64,000 bases of DNA. Source: a bacterium. GTDB lineage: Bacteria > SZUA-182 > SZUA-191 > JAJRXT01. A model generated the notes under the pieces. It saw only the letters and a program-made list of their open reading frames with translations, searched no databases and was not told the DNA's origin. The first letter of the stretch is position 1. Each line of letters begins with the position of its first letter. The stretch is taken from NCBI GenBank assembly GCA_024276125.1, contig JAJRXT010000100.1:45329-109328 (forward strand), in the 5' to 3' direction. Below, piece by piece: positions 27,208 to 36,907 of the stretch. Made by a program: the position numbers and the translations under genes.

Positions 27208-28923
27208 TTACAACAGCGTTAGAGCGTTTTTTATATAACTTACGACATTATCTGGAGATATTTTATCGCTTTTACCGCTTTTTCTGATTTTTATCTCCGC
27301 CAGTCCCTTTTTTAAGTCTCTTTTGCCGATAGTTAGGCGAAGCGGTATACCTATGAGATCAGCGTCTTTAAATTTTATTCCGGGTCTTATATCACGATCG
27401 TCTAATAAACATTCAATTTTTAGACTCTCAAGCTGTTGACAGATATCTTCCGCAAGTTGCATAACTTGTTCATTATCAACATCCAGCGGCATTATTAATA
27501 CATGATACGGCGCAATAGCAACAGGCCAGATAATCCCGTTTTGATCATAATTTTGTTCAATAGCCGCAGCCATAGTACGCCCTACGCCAATACCGTAGCA
27601 GCCCATAATAATAGTTTGCTGCCTGCCTGCCTCATCTAAAAAAACAGCGCCCAGCGCCTTGCTATATTTAGCGCCCAATTTGAAAATATGGCCGACTTCA
27701 ATTCCCTTACAAAAATTAAGTGCAGCGGCACATTTAGGGCACAGATCACCCGCCTGCGCCACTCTTATATCAGCATATTCACAAACCGCATCGCGTCCCC
27801 AATTAACATTTATATAGTGAGTATCCGTCTTATTAGCGCCGGTAATGAAATTTATCATATTTTTAACGGCATTATCGGCAATAATTCTATATTTATTCAT
27901 ACCAACAGGCCCTGCAAATCCAACCGGCGCATTAGTTATTTGCATAACAGTATCGGCATCGGCCAGCTCTAATTGGTCAGCGCTAAGTAAGTTTTTCAGC
28001 TTGATTAAATTAAGCTCATGATCTCCCCGTACAAGCGCCAGTATAATCTGATCATCCGCCTTTAGTATTAATGTTTTAACCAAATTTTCCGGCGCACAGG
28101 ATAAAAAGGCGCATAATTCATCTACTGTTTTTATATTGGGAGTATCAACCGCTTCCAGCGGCGCTAATACAGACGGCGCCTCGCCGCTGTTTAGGCTATC
28201 CGGCAATACAGCCAAAGCACGCTCTACATTAGCCGAGTAATCAGCATTGGGACAATATGCAATACGCTCTTCGCCGCTGTCGGCAAGGATCATAAATTCA
28301 TGCGAAAAACTCCCGCCAATAGAGCCGCTGTCAGCCTCAACCACTCTAAAGGTCAGGCCGCAGCGTTCAAATATACGATTATATGCCTCATACATTTGCT
28401 GATAACTTATTTGCGCATCATGATCATTGCAATCAAAGCTATAGGCATCCTTCATAATAAATTCACGCGCCCGCATAATCCCAAAACGCGGGCGAATCTC
28501 ATCGCGCAGTTTGGTTTGTATCTGATACAAATTAAGCGGTAAGTCGCGATATGAGCGCACCTCGCGGCGCACAAGATCGGTAATAACCTCCTCGTGAGTA
28601 GGCCCCAAACAAAAATCACGCCCATGACGGTCTTTTAAACGCATAAGCTCCGCCCCGTACAGCTCCCAGCGACCGCTCTCCCGCCATAGTTCAGCGGGAT
28701 TTAAGACGGGTAAAAGCAGCTCTTGCGCTCCTGCGCTGTTCATTTCCTGTCTTATAATATTTTCAATCTTGCGTATTACACGATAACCAATAGGCAGATA
28801 TGAATATATACCAGCTGCCAGTTTCCTGATCATACCGGCGCGCAACATCAGCTTATGGCTTATTAATTCCGCCTCAGCGGGAGTTTCTTTTAATGTAGGT
28901 AAAAGCATTCTACTGTAATGCAC
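27208..28923 (-). CDS. proS: proline--tRNA ligase
   Basis: 571 aa. MLRAGMIRKLAAGIYSYLP and class II motifs with an INS editing domain. Confidence 0.9.
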   Translation of the reverse strand: MHYSRMLLPTLKETPAEAELISHKLMLRAGMIRKLAAGIYSYLPIGYRVIRKIENIIRQEMNSAGAQELLLPVLNPAELWRESGRWELYGAELMRLKDRHGRDFCLGPTHEEVITDLVRREVRSYRDLPLNLYQIQTKLRDEIRPRFGIMRAREFIMKDAYSFDCNDHDAQISYQQMYEAYNRIFERCGLTFRVVEADSGSIGGSFSHEFMILADSGEERIAYCPNADYSANVERALAVLPDSLNSGEAPSVLAPLEAVDTPNIKTVDELCAFLSCAPENLVKTLILKADDQIILALVRGDHELNLIKLKNLLSADQLELADADTVMQITNAPVGFAGPVGMNKYRIIADNAVKNMINFITGANKTDTHYINVNWGRDAVCEYADIRVAQAGDLCPKCAAALNFCKGIEVGHIFKLGAKYSKALGAVFLDEAGRQQTIIMGCYGIGVGRTMAAAIEQNYDQNGIIWPVAIAPYHVLIMPLDVDNEQVMQLAEDICQQLESLKIECLLDDRDIRPGIKFKDADLIGIPLRLTIGKRDLKKGLAEIKIRKSGKSDKISPDNVVSYIKNALTLL

Positions 28924-29032
28924 GAAACAAACTCCTTAAAATTATTAAATGGCTACTAGAGTTGATGGTATCGTAAAAAGTCTAAAAAAGTTCTTTTATG
29001 TTTCTATAATAGGTTTTATGTTTGTCATTCTG

Positions 29033-29116
29033 AACGAAGAGGAGCGCAGTGAAGAATCTACCAGCGTATACTTACAGATTCTTCGGCCTACCGCCTTAGA
29101 ATGACAACTATAGATA
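29033..29116 (-). repeat. Family-A nested palindrome, copy 13
   Basis: Preceded by the module TATGTTTCTATAATAGGTTTTATG (29007-29030). Confidence 0.9.
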
Positions 29117-29133
29117 ACCCAGTGTTTCGGGAT

Positions 29134-29158
29134 GTCTCATCCCGAAACAATATAACAG
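29134..29158. repeat. Family-B hairpin, single
   Basis: GTTTCGGGATGTCTCATCCCGAAAC. Confidence 0.85.
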
Positions 29159-29240
29159 ATTGTTATTAACAAACTTTCGGGGTGAAATACAATGTTGTTA
29201 ACTTAAGTACTTATACTATAATGAAAAGCTTTTCTTAGCC

Positions 29241-29323
29241 TGTCATTCTGAGGCTGAAAGCCGAAGAATCTGCTTGCTATGCGGGAAGATTCTTCATTTC
29301 GCTTTGCTTCATTCAGAATGACC
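29241..29323 (+). repeat. Family-A nested palindrome, copy 14
   Basis: Flanked by ACTATAATGAAAAGCTTTTCTTAGCC on the left and CTTAAGTCAACAGCATTG on the right. Confidence 0.9.
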
Positions 29324-29349
29324 GCTACCTTAAGTCAACAGCATTGATA

Positions 29350-29373
29350 GCCGACCTAAAGGTCGGCAGCTAC
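29350..29373. repeat. Family-C half unit
   Basis: GCCGACCTAAAGGTCGGCAGCTAC. Confidence 0.7.
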
Positions 29374-29514
29374 AGGAACCAGCTTGCAATAAGTTCTTTG
29401 CGTAACATCGTCTTAATAGTTTTAGAAAAATTTTTAAATTATTTTAGCAATTATAGCATAAGATAGCAAACAATATCAGAACAAGTCCCTGCTATACAAA
29501 TAATTTATTGGATT

Positions 29515-31128
29515 TTAGGGTTTAAGAAGATGATCCCACGGCAGTTTTTCATCGCTATTGCGCCTGCGGTAGACAAAAAAATCAGCCGGAGGGTTCATCT
29601 TAGCTAAAGAAACCTTCCAATCCATATTTTGTTTATATGCGGTTAATAGCGCCTCGCCTACTCTGCGGTCGCCTTTGGAGAATAGCGCCTGATAAAATGA
29701 CAATCTAATAGAATCATGCAATATACGTATTCCCTTTACCTTTTTTAATCCTTCAAGCAAATAAGCAAGCTTATGTTTTAGACTCTTTTGAGATTCAAAT
29801 CCATATCGCTCAAAGGGCGTCTGCGGTTTGGGTACAAAGGGAGACAGACTTACGGTAAGCAGACCAGAGTTATCATATTCATTCATCAACTGTCTTATTT
29901 TGCCTGCCAAGGCAATTATAGCGCTGATATCTTTTGTAGTCTCATCCGGCAGCCCCCACATAAAGTATAATTTAATATTCGGTATATTATGCGCCTTAAT
30001 ATTATCAACCGCATTTAATATATCATCTTCAGTTAACCCCTTGTTAATCAGCCTGCGCAAGCGCTTAGAACCCGCTTCCGGCGCTATGGATATTGTTTTA
30101 TGCCCGCTTGCAGAAAGCGCACAAAGTAATGCAGACGATAATTTATCCGCCCGAAGCGAAGCAACAGTAAAGCCTGCGCCCTTATCTGTAATAAAACGGC
30201 ATACTTCGTTCAAATAGGGATAATCGGTAACAGCGGCGCCTACTAAGCCGATTTTTTTATTCAGCCCTAATCCGATTTTAATATACTCTAATACCGCATC
30301 CAAGCTGCGATAGCGATAACCGGCAAAGCTGCGTCCCACCATACAAAAACGGCAGCGATGAGCGCAGCCGCGGGATAATTCCACCAAAAATATATTCTTA
30401 AACTCTGTATTCGGGGTGAGTATATATGAATGAACAGGCCGCTCATTCAGGTTTTTTATATAACTTATCTGAAGCTGAGGCAGATTATCAGTAAGCGGTT
30501 TTATCTCCTTAATACAGCCTGTAGAATTATATTCTACATTATATAGGCTGGGAGCGTAAAAACTGCTGACACTGACTGAAAGATGTTTTAATATCTTTTT
30601 TCTGTCCTCTCTTGGCGGTATCTCTTTTAGGCAATCTATAAAGCGGTCTATAACCTCCTCGCCCTCGCCCAAAATAAAACCGTCCATAACAGGCGCTAAT
30701 ACTTCAGGGTTCATATAGGCGCATACCCCGCCCATAATTACCAGCGGGTCGTATTCCGAACGCTTTGCGGCAGCAGGTTCTATATGCGCCAGTTTGAGTA
30801 AATTAAGTATATTGGGATAATCCCCCTCAAAAGAAACTGAAAAAGCCAGCAGGTCAAAATTTTTTACCGGTATTTGAGATTCTAAACTGAACAAGGGAAT
30901 ATTAGACCGACAGTAAGCGGGCGGGGGCAGGAAAACCCGCTCGCATACTGTATCAGAACGCTGATTAAGCAGATGATATATAAGCTGAAATCCCAAATTA
31001 GACATACCTACATGATAAGTATTGGGATAAGCCAGCGCTATCTTGATTTTGCCCCCATGGGGTTTATAGACAGCGCCTGTTTCGTATGCCAAAAGGTCTT
31101 TAGTATATTGAATAAGCGGCTTGGCCAT
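29515..31128 (-). CDS. B12-binding-domain radical SAM protein
   Basis: 537 aa. N-terminal Rossmann-like B12-binding region and a CAHRCRFC radical SAM cluster motif. Confidence 0.75.
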   Translation of the reverse strand: MAKPLIQYTKDLLAYETGAVYKPHGGKIKIALAYPNTYHVGMSNLGFQLIYHLLNQRSDTVCERVFLPPPAYCRSNIPLFSLESQIPVKNFDLLAFSVSFEGDYPNILNLLKLAHIEPAAAKRSEYDPLVIMGGVCAYMNPEVLAPVMDGFILGEGEEVIDRFIDCLKEIPPREDRKKILKHLSVSVSSFYAPSLYNVEYNSTGCIKEIKPLTDNLPQLQISYIKNLNERPVHSYILTPNTEFKNIFLVELSRGCAHRCRFCMVGRSFAGYRYRSLDAVLEYIKIGLGLNKKIGLVGAAVTDYPYLNEVCRFITDKGAGFTVASLRADKLSSALLCALSASGHKTISIAPEAGSKRLRRLINKGLTEDDILNAVDNIKAHNIPNIKLYFMWGLPDETTKDISAIIALAGKIRQLMNEYDNSGLLTVSLSPFVPKPQTPFERYGFESQKSLKHKLAYLLEGLKKVKGIRILHDSIRLSFYQALFSKGDRRVGEALLTAYKQNMDWKVSLAKMNPPADFFVYRRRNSDEKLPWDHLLKP

Positions 31129-31132
31129 TAAA

Positions 31133-32065
31133 TTATTGTGCAGAAGGATTAAGCGGCTCAGGCAGCGCTATCTCCAGCCCCAATTTACCCTTTATATATT
31201 TATCCCCGAATTTTTTGGCAAAAATTCCTTCAGCGCGATCGCCGGTACAATGAGTAGGCGCTATATGCTGTACGCCGTTTTTTAACAGCTCATCGGCAAT
31301 TGCGTTTATATCTTCATTGGAATAAGGATGCGGCTGGGGTACGCCAAAGGTACTGCCGTCAGACATTTTTACTACAGTTCCCTGATCCAGCATTCTGGTG
31401 CCGCCGGAAATTAGGAAGACTTTTTTATCTTTAGTCTGCTCAATGCTTTTTTTCATAATATTTACGATCTCAGGATGACCGCAGCCTTGTAAAATCACTA
31501 AGCCCTCTTTGGTTTTAAGCACAATATGTATTTCTTCTATACCGAACGGGCCTCCGTGTCTGGGGCGGCTTTTTAGTTTCATCAGAGTAATATTGGGGGT
31601 TATTTTTGCAAAATGTTCAATAGACTTAAAATTTTTATACCATTTATTCTTTCTGAATAAATCGGTATCTCCTACGCTATTTATTACTATATTGGTGGCG
31701 TAAATAGGCAATTTAGGTTTGTTTTCAAGTAAATATGGCAACCCGTCCAGCATCTCCCAATGGTGATGAGATATAACTATCAAATCAATGCTTTTAGGGT
31801 CAATACCGATTTTCTGCATATTATTTTTTAAAATTTTACGTTCTCCGCCAGTATCAAATAAAATACGCATACCGTCGAATTCAATTAAAGTAACCAGCCC
31901 CCAAGCGCGCTGGCAGCCTTCTTTTAACGTTTCGCGATCGCCGTAGAGATAGGTGATTTTGCCTTTTTTGGTCTCTTGTGCATGTGCTTGCCGGAAAGAT
32001 AAAAGAACGCACATTAACAAAATAACAGCTAAAAAAAACTTCCAAACGCCAAATCGTTTACCCAT
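31133..32065 (-). CDS. MBL-fold metallo-hydrolase, secreted
   Basis: 310 aa. Signal peptide and a VISHHHWEMLDG metal-binding motif. Confidence 0.65.
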   Translation of the reverse strand: MGKRFGVWKFFLAVILLMCVLLSFRQAHAQETKKGKITYLYGDRETLKEGCQRAWGLVTLIEFDGMRILFDTGGERKILKNNMQKIGIDPKSIDLIVISHHHWEMLDGLPYLLENKPKLPIYATNIVINSVGDTDLFRKNKWYKNFKSIEHFAKITPNITLMKLKSRPRHGGPFGIEEIHIVLKTKEGLVILQGCGHPEIVNIMKKSIEQTKDKKVFLISGGTRMLDQGTVVKMSDGSTFGVPQPHPYSNEDINAIADELLKNGVQHIAPTHCTGDRAEGIFAKKFGDKYIKGKLGLEIALPEPLNPSAQ

Positions 32066-32269
32066 AATATATTCTCCTTTTTGAACATAGGCATGTTCTG
32101 TGCAACTTACTTATATGTAAGCGTTTTCAAGAAAAACCGTCCCCTATCGGCGGGGACTGCCTTATAAATAATATCCATATTAGCCGGTAAAATCAAGAAC
32201 GATAAATGGTACAGGTATAGTAATCAAGTTTTAGTTCTATAAAATAACGGAACAATGTACTAATTTTAC

Positions 32270-32322
32270 CCTCGCATACGCAAGCAGATTCTTCACTCCA
32301 CTTCGTTTCGTTCAGAATGACA
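32270..32322 (+). repeat. Family-A partial copy 15 (right half only)
   Basis: ...CTCGCATACGCAAGCAGATTCTTCACTCCACTTCGTTTCGTTCAGAATGACA; the left arm is absent. Confidence 0.8.
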
Positions 32323-32385
32323 GGTATGTAAAACCAAATTTTCCCAAAAATGAACCTATCGCAGCAACTTGGATTAAGATAATAT

Positions 32386-32415
32386 TTGACTTAGCGCTAT
32401 CGCTTAATATATAAT
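32386..32415 (+). promoter_or_regulatory. putative sigma70-type promoter upstream of yicC
   Basis: TTGACT (32386-32391), 18-nt spacer, TATAAT (32410-32415). Consensus match only. Confidence 0.4.
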
Positions 32416-32482
32416 TATAGCTTAATCTAAACTAAAGCTCTCTTTGTTTAATTTTATTGACTTACTAAGGAATAATAAGAAA

Positions 32483-33040
32483 ATGATAAAAAGTATGACC
32501 GGTTACGGTCATGGAAGCTATGCTGATGAAGGCTTAGGCATTGAAATAGAAACTAAATCTATTAATCACCGCTATTGTGATATAAGTATTCGTATGCCTA
32601 AAGAACTAATGTATTTAGAACATAAAATCAGAAAAATTATACAAAAACGTTTTTTTAGAGGGCATTTTGATGTTTGGATTAAAGTCGAATGGCCGGCGCA
32701 AAACAGGAAAAAATTCAAAATTGACTATTTATTGGCTGATGAATATCTAAAGGAATTAAGCAATCTAAAGCAACAATTGGGCTTAATCGGAGAAATAGAT
32801 ATAGAAATTTTCTTAAGAAATTCTCAAATGTTTCTTAATTTAGAAGAAGACAGAACCTTTGTCGATATTTCTTCACAATTGCAAGCTGCCCTAAATAACG
32901 CCTTGGATTCTTTATCCAGTATGAGGAATCAGGAAGGCCGGACGATATGTGAAGAGATACAGGGTATCCTAAAAGAATTAACAGAGATTATCGCCCAAAT
33001 AGAAAAAGTATCTCCCCAGCTGGTTACCCGCTACAAATAA
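32483..33040 (+). CDS. yicC: YicC family protein, N-terminal part (gene interrupted by in-frame TAA)
   Basis: MIKSMTGYGHG start typical of YicC. TAA at 33038-33040; the frame continues into 33041-33361. Confidence 0.75.
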   Translation: MIKSMTGYGHGSYADEGLGIEIETKSINHRYCDISIRMPKELMYLEHKIRKIIQKRFFRGHFDVWIKVEWPAQNRKKFKIDYLLADEYLKELSNLKQQLGLIGEIDIEIFLRNSQMFLNLEEDRTFVDISSQLQAALNNALDSLSSMRNQEGRTICEEIQGILKELTEIIAQIEKVSPQLVTRYK

Positions 33041-33361
33041 CGCCTAATGCAAAGAACCAACAAACTTGCGCCTGAAGTAGATGTAGAAGAGGCTCGTCTG
33101 GCTCAAGAAGTGGTTATCTATGCCGATAAATCCGATATTGCCGAAGAAATACTGCGTCTAAAAAGCCATATAAGTCAAATGAAGTCTTTCTTGGATTCCA
33201 ATGGAGCTATGGGTAAGAAAATTGATTTCTTAGTACAAGAGATGAACAGGGAAACCAATACAATTGGCTCTAAAATCTCTGATGTAAATATTTCACAACA
33301 AGTTGTGGAAATAAGATGTCAGTTGGAAAAAATCCGGGAACAAATCCAAAACGTTGAATAA
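33041..33361 (+). CDS. yicC: YicC family protein, C-terminal DUF1732 part
   Basis: Same frame as 32483-33040. RLAQEVVIYADKSDIAEEILRLKSH is the conserved YicC C-terminal motif. Confidence 0.75.
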   Translation, partial: RLMQRTNKLAPEVDVEEARLAQEVVIYADKSDIAEEILRLKSHISQMKSFLDSNGAMGKKIDFLVQEMNRETNTIGSKISDVNISQQVVEIRCQLEKIREQIQNVE

Positions 33362-33430
33362 GGCCAGCTAACGCGGACTATCCCTTGTAGCCGCCGACCG
33401 CAAAACCGGTCGTAGGGCGGATTTAAACAC

Positions 33431-33577
33431 AATGCTGTTGACTTAAGGTAGCTGTCATTCTGAACGAAACGAAGTGGAGTGAAGAATCTGTCCTCGTATG
33501 CGAGCAGATTCTTCGGCCTACGGCCTCAGAATGACAGCTAATAAAAGACTTTTAAGCTTAAGTCAACAGTATTGGGG
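33431..33577. mobile_element. composite MITE-like unit: CAATGCTGTTGACTTAAGG inverted repeats enclosing Family-A copy 16
   Basis: Left AATGCTGTTGACTTAAGG (33431-33448), right CTTAAGTCAACAGTATTG (33557-33574). TTTAAACAC is present on both flanks. Confidence 0.5.
33453..33536 (-). repeat. Family-A nested palindrome, copy 16
   Basis: Termini and inner stem intact. Confidence 0.9.
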
Positions 33578-33661
33578 TTTAAACACCCGCATCTACAAAT
33601 GTAAAAAAGTTATTTCTATTAAAAAAAAACAACAAATTAACTGCATTGGAGCAAAGTAAAA

Positions 33662-34258
33662 ATGCTCTATACAGACTCACTAAGCCGTCTAATCAAAGAA
33701 TTCCAAAAAATGCCCGGTATCGGACAAAAAAGCGCTCAGCGTATGGCTTTATATGTTTTACAGATTTCAAAACCCCAAGCGCAACGCTTGGCTAAGGCTA
33801 TCGTCGATATTAAGGATAAGATATTATACTGCTCAATCTGCGGTAATATTACAGAACAAAATCCCTGCTCAATTTGTGCAAATCCGAAAAGAGACCCCGC
33901 TGTCATATGCGTAGTAGAAGACCCTAAAGGGTTACTGGCCATTGAAAAGACCAAAGCCCATCACGGACATTATCACGTGTTAATGGGCAATATCTCTCCC
34001 TTGGATAATATCGGTCCTGAACAAATCCGCATAAAAGAGCTGATGCAGCGCATAGAGGCCGGCGGGATATCCGAGCTGATTATCGCCACCAGCCCCAATA
34101 TAGAGGGTGAAACTACGGCTATGTATATTTCCAAACTGGTAAAGCCCACCGGCATAAAAGTAACCCGTATCGCCCGCGGTCTGCCCATGGGCGGGGACCT
34201 GGAATATGCCGATGAGGTTACCATAACTAAAGCCATGGAAGGCCGGCTGGAGTTCTAG
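33662..34258 (+). CDS. recR: recombination protein RecR
   Basis: 198 aa. PGIGQKSAQRMA helix-hairpin-helix, C4 zinc finger, Toprim domain. Confidence 0.9.
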   Translation: MLYTDSLSRLIKEFQKMPGIGQKSAQRMALYVLQISKPQAQRLAKAIVDIKDKILYCSICGNITEQNPCSICANPKRDPAVICVVEDPKGLLAIEKTKAHHGHYHVLMGNISPLDNIGPEQIRIKELMQRIEAGGISELIIATSPNIEGETTAMYISKLVKPTGIKVTRIARGLPMGGDLEYADEVTITKAMEGRLEF

Positions 34259-34276
34259 CCTAAATGTTATATTTTG

Positions 34277-34343
34277 AAGCCGCTGACTTAAAAGGTCAGC
34301 CATGACAGCCCTCAAGAAGACGGGTTTAAAAACCCGTTGCTGC
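34277..34343. repeat. Family-C doublet, degenerate heads
   Basis: GCTGACTTAAAAGGTCAGC and CGGGTTTAAAAACCCG hairpins. Confidence 0.65.
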
Positions 34344-34362
34344 GAAATCGTTTTGAGCCGAT

Positions 34363-34433
34363 GCTTCGGTTTGTCCTCAAGCCGAAACAGTTAAAAGCGC
34401 CCTTAGCGGTTTCAGCGCAAGAGAAACCGAAAC
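34363..34433. repeat. Family-B hairpin doublet (B2)
   Basis: GCTTCGGTTTGTCCTCAAGCCGAAAC, a 20-nt linker, then GTTTCAGCGCAAGAGAAACCGAAAC. The linker is the reverse complement of the one at 8830-8850. Confidence 0.8.
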
Positions 34434-34527
34434 ATCAAAAATCTATCCATTATCTTTAGGATAAGCAATATACTCTTAAGCAACAGCTTAACTCCCGAAT
34501 CAGTCGGGTTATTTCAAGGAGAAGCAT

Positions 34528-35103
34528 ATGGAAAAACAATTTACAGAGGTGCGCTGGCACGGCAGAGGGGGGCAAGGGGCGGTTACTGCGGCTAAAGTGC
34601 TGGCTGAAACGGCGTTATCCAGCGGAAAATATGTCCAGGCATTCCCCGAATACGGCCCTGAACGTATGGGCGCCCCTTTAAGGGCTTATAACCGCTTAAG
34701 CGACACGCCCATATCTATTCACTGTCAGGTAACCAATCCTGATGTAGTGGTAGTAGTAGATCCCACAATGATCGGTACGGTAGATGTGACAGACGGCACA
34801 GGTAACAATACCTTGTTTGTTATTAATACAAACGAAAACGCCGGACAGGTAAAAGAAAAATTGGGATTGGATAAACAAAAGCTCTACACAGTAAACGCCA
34901 CTAAAATAGCCTTGGAAACCATAAAACGTCCCATACCCAATACGCCGCTTTTGGGGGCATTGGCTAAAGTATCCGGTCTTATTAATATTGATGATCTGCT
35001 GGCTGATCTGGAAAAAAACTTCAGCAAAAAATTCACTGAACAAATAGTTACGGCCAATCTTAATGCCGTAAAAAGAGCATATGAGGAGGTAGCCGGAGAA
35101 TGA
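34528..35103 (+). CDS. porG: 2-oxoacid:ferredoxin oxidoreductase gamma subunit
   Basis: 191 aa. RWHGRGGQGAVTAAKVLA motif. AAGGAG RBS upstream. Confidence 0.85.
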   Translation: MEKQFTEVRWHGRGGQGAVTAAKVLAETALSSGKYVQAFPEYGPERMGAPLRAYNRLSDTPISIHCQVTNPDVVVVVDPTMIGTVDVTDGTGNNTLFVINTNENAGQVKEKLGLDKQKLYTVNATKIALETIKRPIPNTPLLGALAKVSGLINIDDLLADLEKNFSKKFTEQIVTANLNAVKRAYEEVAGE

Positions 35104-35405
35104 GCGTACAAAAAAAAGGCTGGCGCGATCTGCCCACCGGAGGGCTGATCCTGGAAGCCGGTAGTTCGCATACGTATAAAACTGGCGGCTGGCGCACATA
35201 TAGACCGGTACACAATCCGCAAAAATGTATAAACTGTCTGGCATGCTGGATTTATTGTCCTGATTCGTCTGTTATTGTAACAGACGGTAAATTTGTTGGT
35301 TTTGATCTAGACCACTGCAAGGGTTGCGGAGTATGCGCCTATGAGTGTCCCAAAAAAGTCAGGGCGATTACCATGACAGAAGAAGCAGAAGAAGCGAAAG
35401 ATTAA
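35100..35405 (+). CDS. porD: 2-oxoacid:ferredoxin oxidoreductase delta subunit (2x[4Fe-4S])
   Basis: 101 aa. CINCLACWIYCP and CKGCGVCAYECP motifs. 4-nt overlap with porG. Confidence 0.85.
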   Translation: MSVQKKGWRDLPTGGLILEAGSSHTYKTGGWRTYRPVHNPQKCINCLACWIYCPDSSVIVTDGKFVGFDLDHCKGCGVCAYECPKKVRAITMTEEAEEAKD

Positions 35406-35463
35406 TCGGTCAACTTGCACTAACAAGCAAATTTTACGTAACATGTTTTAATAATTTATTTAC

Positions 35464-35529
35464 TGTCACCCTGAGTGAAGCGAAGGGTCTGCTTGCGTAG
35501 GTTGAAAGATTCTTCGCTTCAGAATGACA
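35464..35529 (-). repeat. Family-A degenerate short copy 17
   Basis: TGTCACCCTGAGTGAAGCGAAGGGTCT...AGATTCTTCGCTTCAGAATGACA. Confidence 0.7.
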
Positions 35530-35546
35530 AATATAAATAACCTAAT

Positions 35547-35572
35547 GTTGTCGGCTTGAGACAAACCGAAAC
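35547..35572. repeat. Family-B hairpin, single
   Basis: GTTGTCGGCTTGAGACAAACCGAAAC. Confidence 0.75.
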
Positions 35573-35701
35573 ATCGATTGTTTTGACATTTGGATTTTAG
35601 ATTTCATTTGTCAAAAGGATTTTAGTATTTAGTCTTGGAGCCTTTTGGGTATCCAAAAACTATTTTACATAATATAAGTTAACAAAAGGCTATTTAAAAC
35701 T

Positions 35702-36106
35702 ATGAGCGTAGACGAAAAAATATGGTGGATTCAGGCAAGTAAGGATGACTGGGCTGCATATGTAGTATTGAAGGAAAAAGAGAATTACGCCTTGGCTGCT
35801 TTTCACTTGCAGCAGGCGGGAGAAAAAATATTAAAGGCTGTATGTATAGATAACAGCAGACCTGCCTTTACTCACAGTTGCGTTGCCTTATGTCACAAAA
35901 TAAAGGCAATGCAAATCGAAATTCCCGAAGATGTGATCTCTGCCGCCCGCAGGTTAGACCCGCATTATATCTTAGCGCGGTATCCCAATGGATTGGGCGG
36001 CAGCCCGCGGGATTATTATGATGTATCTATGTTGGAGGGAATTGAACAATGTGCGCAGAAAGTGATGAGCTTTGCGGAGTCCCGGCTGTCCAAACGGAAT
36101 GGATAG
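35702..36106 (+). CDS. HEPN domain protein
   Basis: 134 aa. AAFHLQQAGEKILKA and RYP motif region typical of HEPN. Overlaps the downstream MNT. Confidence 0.75.
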   Translation: MSVDEKIWWIQASKDDWAAYVVLKEKENYALAAFHLQQAGEKILKAVCIDNSRPAFTHSCVALCHKIKAMQIEIPEDVISAARRLDPHYILARYPNGLGGSPRDYYDVSMLEGIEQCAQKVMSFAESRLSKRNG

Positions 36107-36390
36107 ACAGCTTAGTGTCTAAGCTGCAACAGGTTATCAATTTAAACGAGCTGATATTATTTGGCTCCCGCGCCAGGGGTGAACATATAACCTGTAGCGA
36201 TTATGATATTTGTGTGGTATCGGATGATTTTACCGGAGTAAAACTGGATGAACGCATGGAGCTGGTACTTAAAATGTGGTCAGGGCAACGGGCGCTGGAG
36301 CCATTATGCTATACAAAAGATGAATTCGCCCAAATAGAAGATACACTTATCGGACAGGTAATCAGGCAGGGAAAAAGGCTTTATATTTAA
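36049..36390 (+). CDS. nucleotidyltransferase (MNT)
   Basis: LFGSRARGEHITCSDYDICVV motif. Confidence 0.75.
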   Translation: MCAESDELCGVPAVQTEWIDSLVSKLQQVINLNELILFGSRARGEHITCSDYDICVVSDDFTGVKLDERMELVLKMWSGQRALEPLCYTKDEFAQIEDTLIGQVIRQGKRLYI

Positions 36391-36728
36391 TCATACTATA
36401 AAATTTTATATAAAAGCAAACCAGGGTTTAGCAAAACAATTGAGGACACAGAAGGAAGACTAACCCATAAATTAAGCAGCGGCTGAATGAGTAAGGTATT
36501 AATAATATGCAGGCTCCAAATAAACGCTGTAAAAAAAACAGCATTACCGCATCTCCTGCACCATGCGCCCAGAGGATTTTGACTTTTCATAAGACGTTTC
36601 CTTATAATAAAAATAATTAATCTAAGGCTTTTTTAGATAATCCTAAACAAGTAAACTTAATATTCACATCTTGTGCAAAGCGTATACCAACCTAAATAAA
36701 ATGATATTTTCAACCGTTATTAATTGTG

Positions 36729-36759
36729 AGTTAACAGTTGGTTAACTTGTTTTTTTTTG
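36729..36759 (+). terminator. putative intrinsic terminator
   Basis: AGTTAAC-AGTTG-GTTAACT stem-loop followed by a T-rich tract (T9). The AT-rich stem makes it weak. Confidence 0.35.
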
Positions 36760-36907
36760 TTGTTTTTGCAAGAACAATCTACCTGCGAGCTGTTGTTTTA
36801 AATATGGTATAGGCGCCAGATTTTTTCCTTTTTATGGCAATGATGTACCACATAAAAAAATAACTCGCTGGATTATACCGGCTGTAACAATATGTACAAT
36901 TTTTATT

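Larger units (their letters stand above)
33387..33596. repeat. Family-C doublet interrupted by a 147-bp composite element
   Basis: GTAGCCGCCGACCGCAAAACCGGTCG...GGGCGGATTTAAACAC | insert | TTTAAACACCCGCATCTAC. Confidence 0.65.

Noticed and set aside
26902-27222. 106-aa ORF on the plus strand
   Set aside because: It is composed of Family-B hairpins and the 142-bp GTAG...CTAC element. Translated palindromes give the repeated MFRGVSPRNIK-type peptides. It also overlaps the proS 3' end.
36396-36590. 64-aa hydrophobic ORF on the minus strand downstream of the MNT gene
   Set aside because: Its orientation is opposite to all neighbours, it has no RBS, and it overlaps no conserved element. The evidence is insufficient to call a gene.
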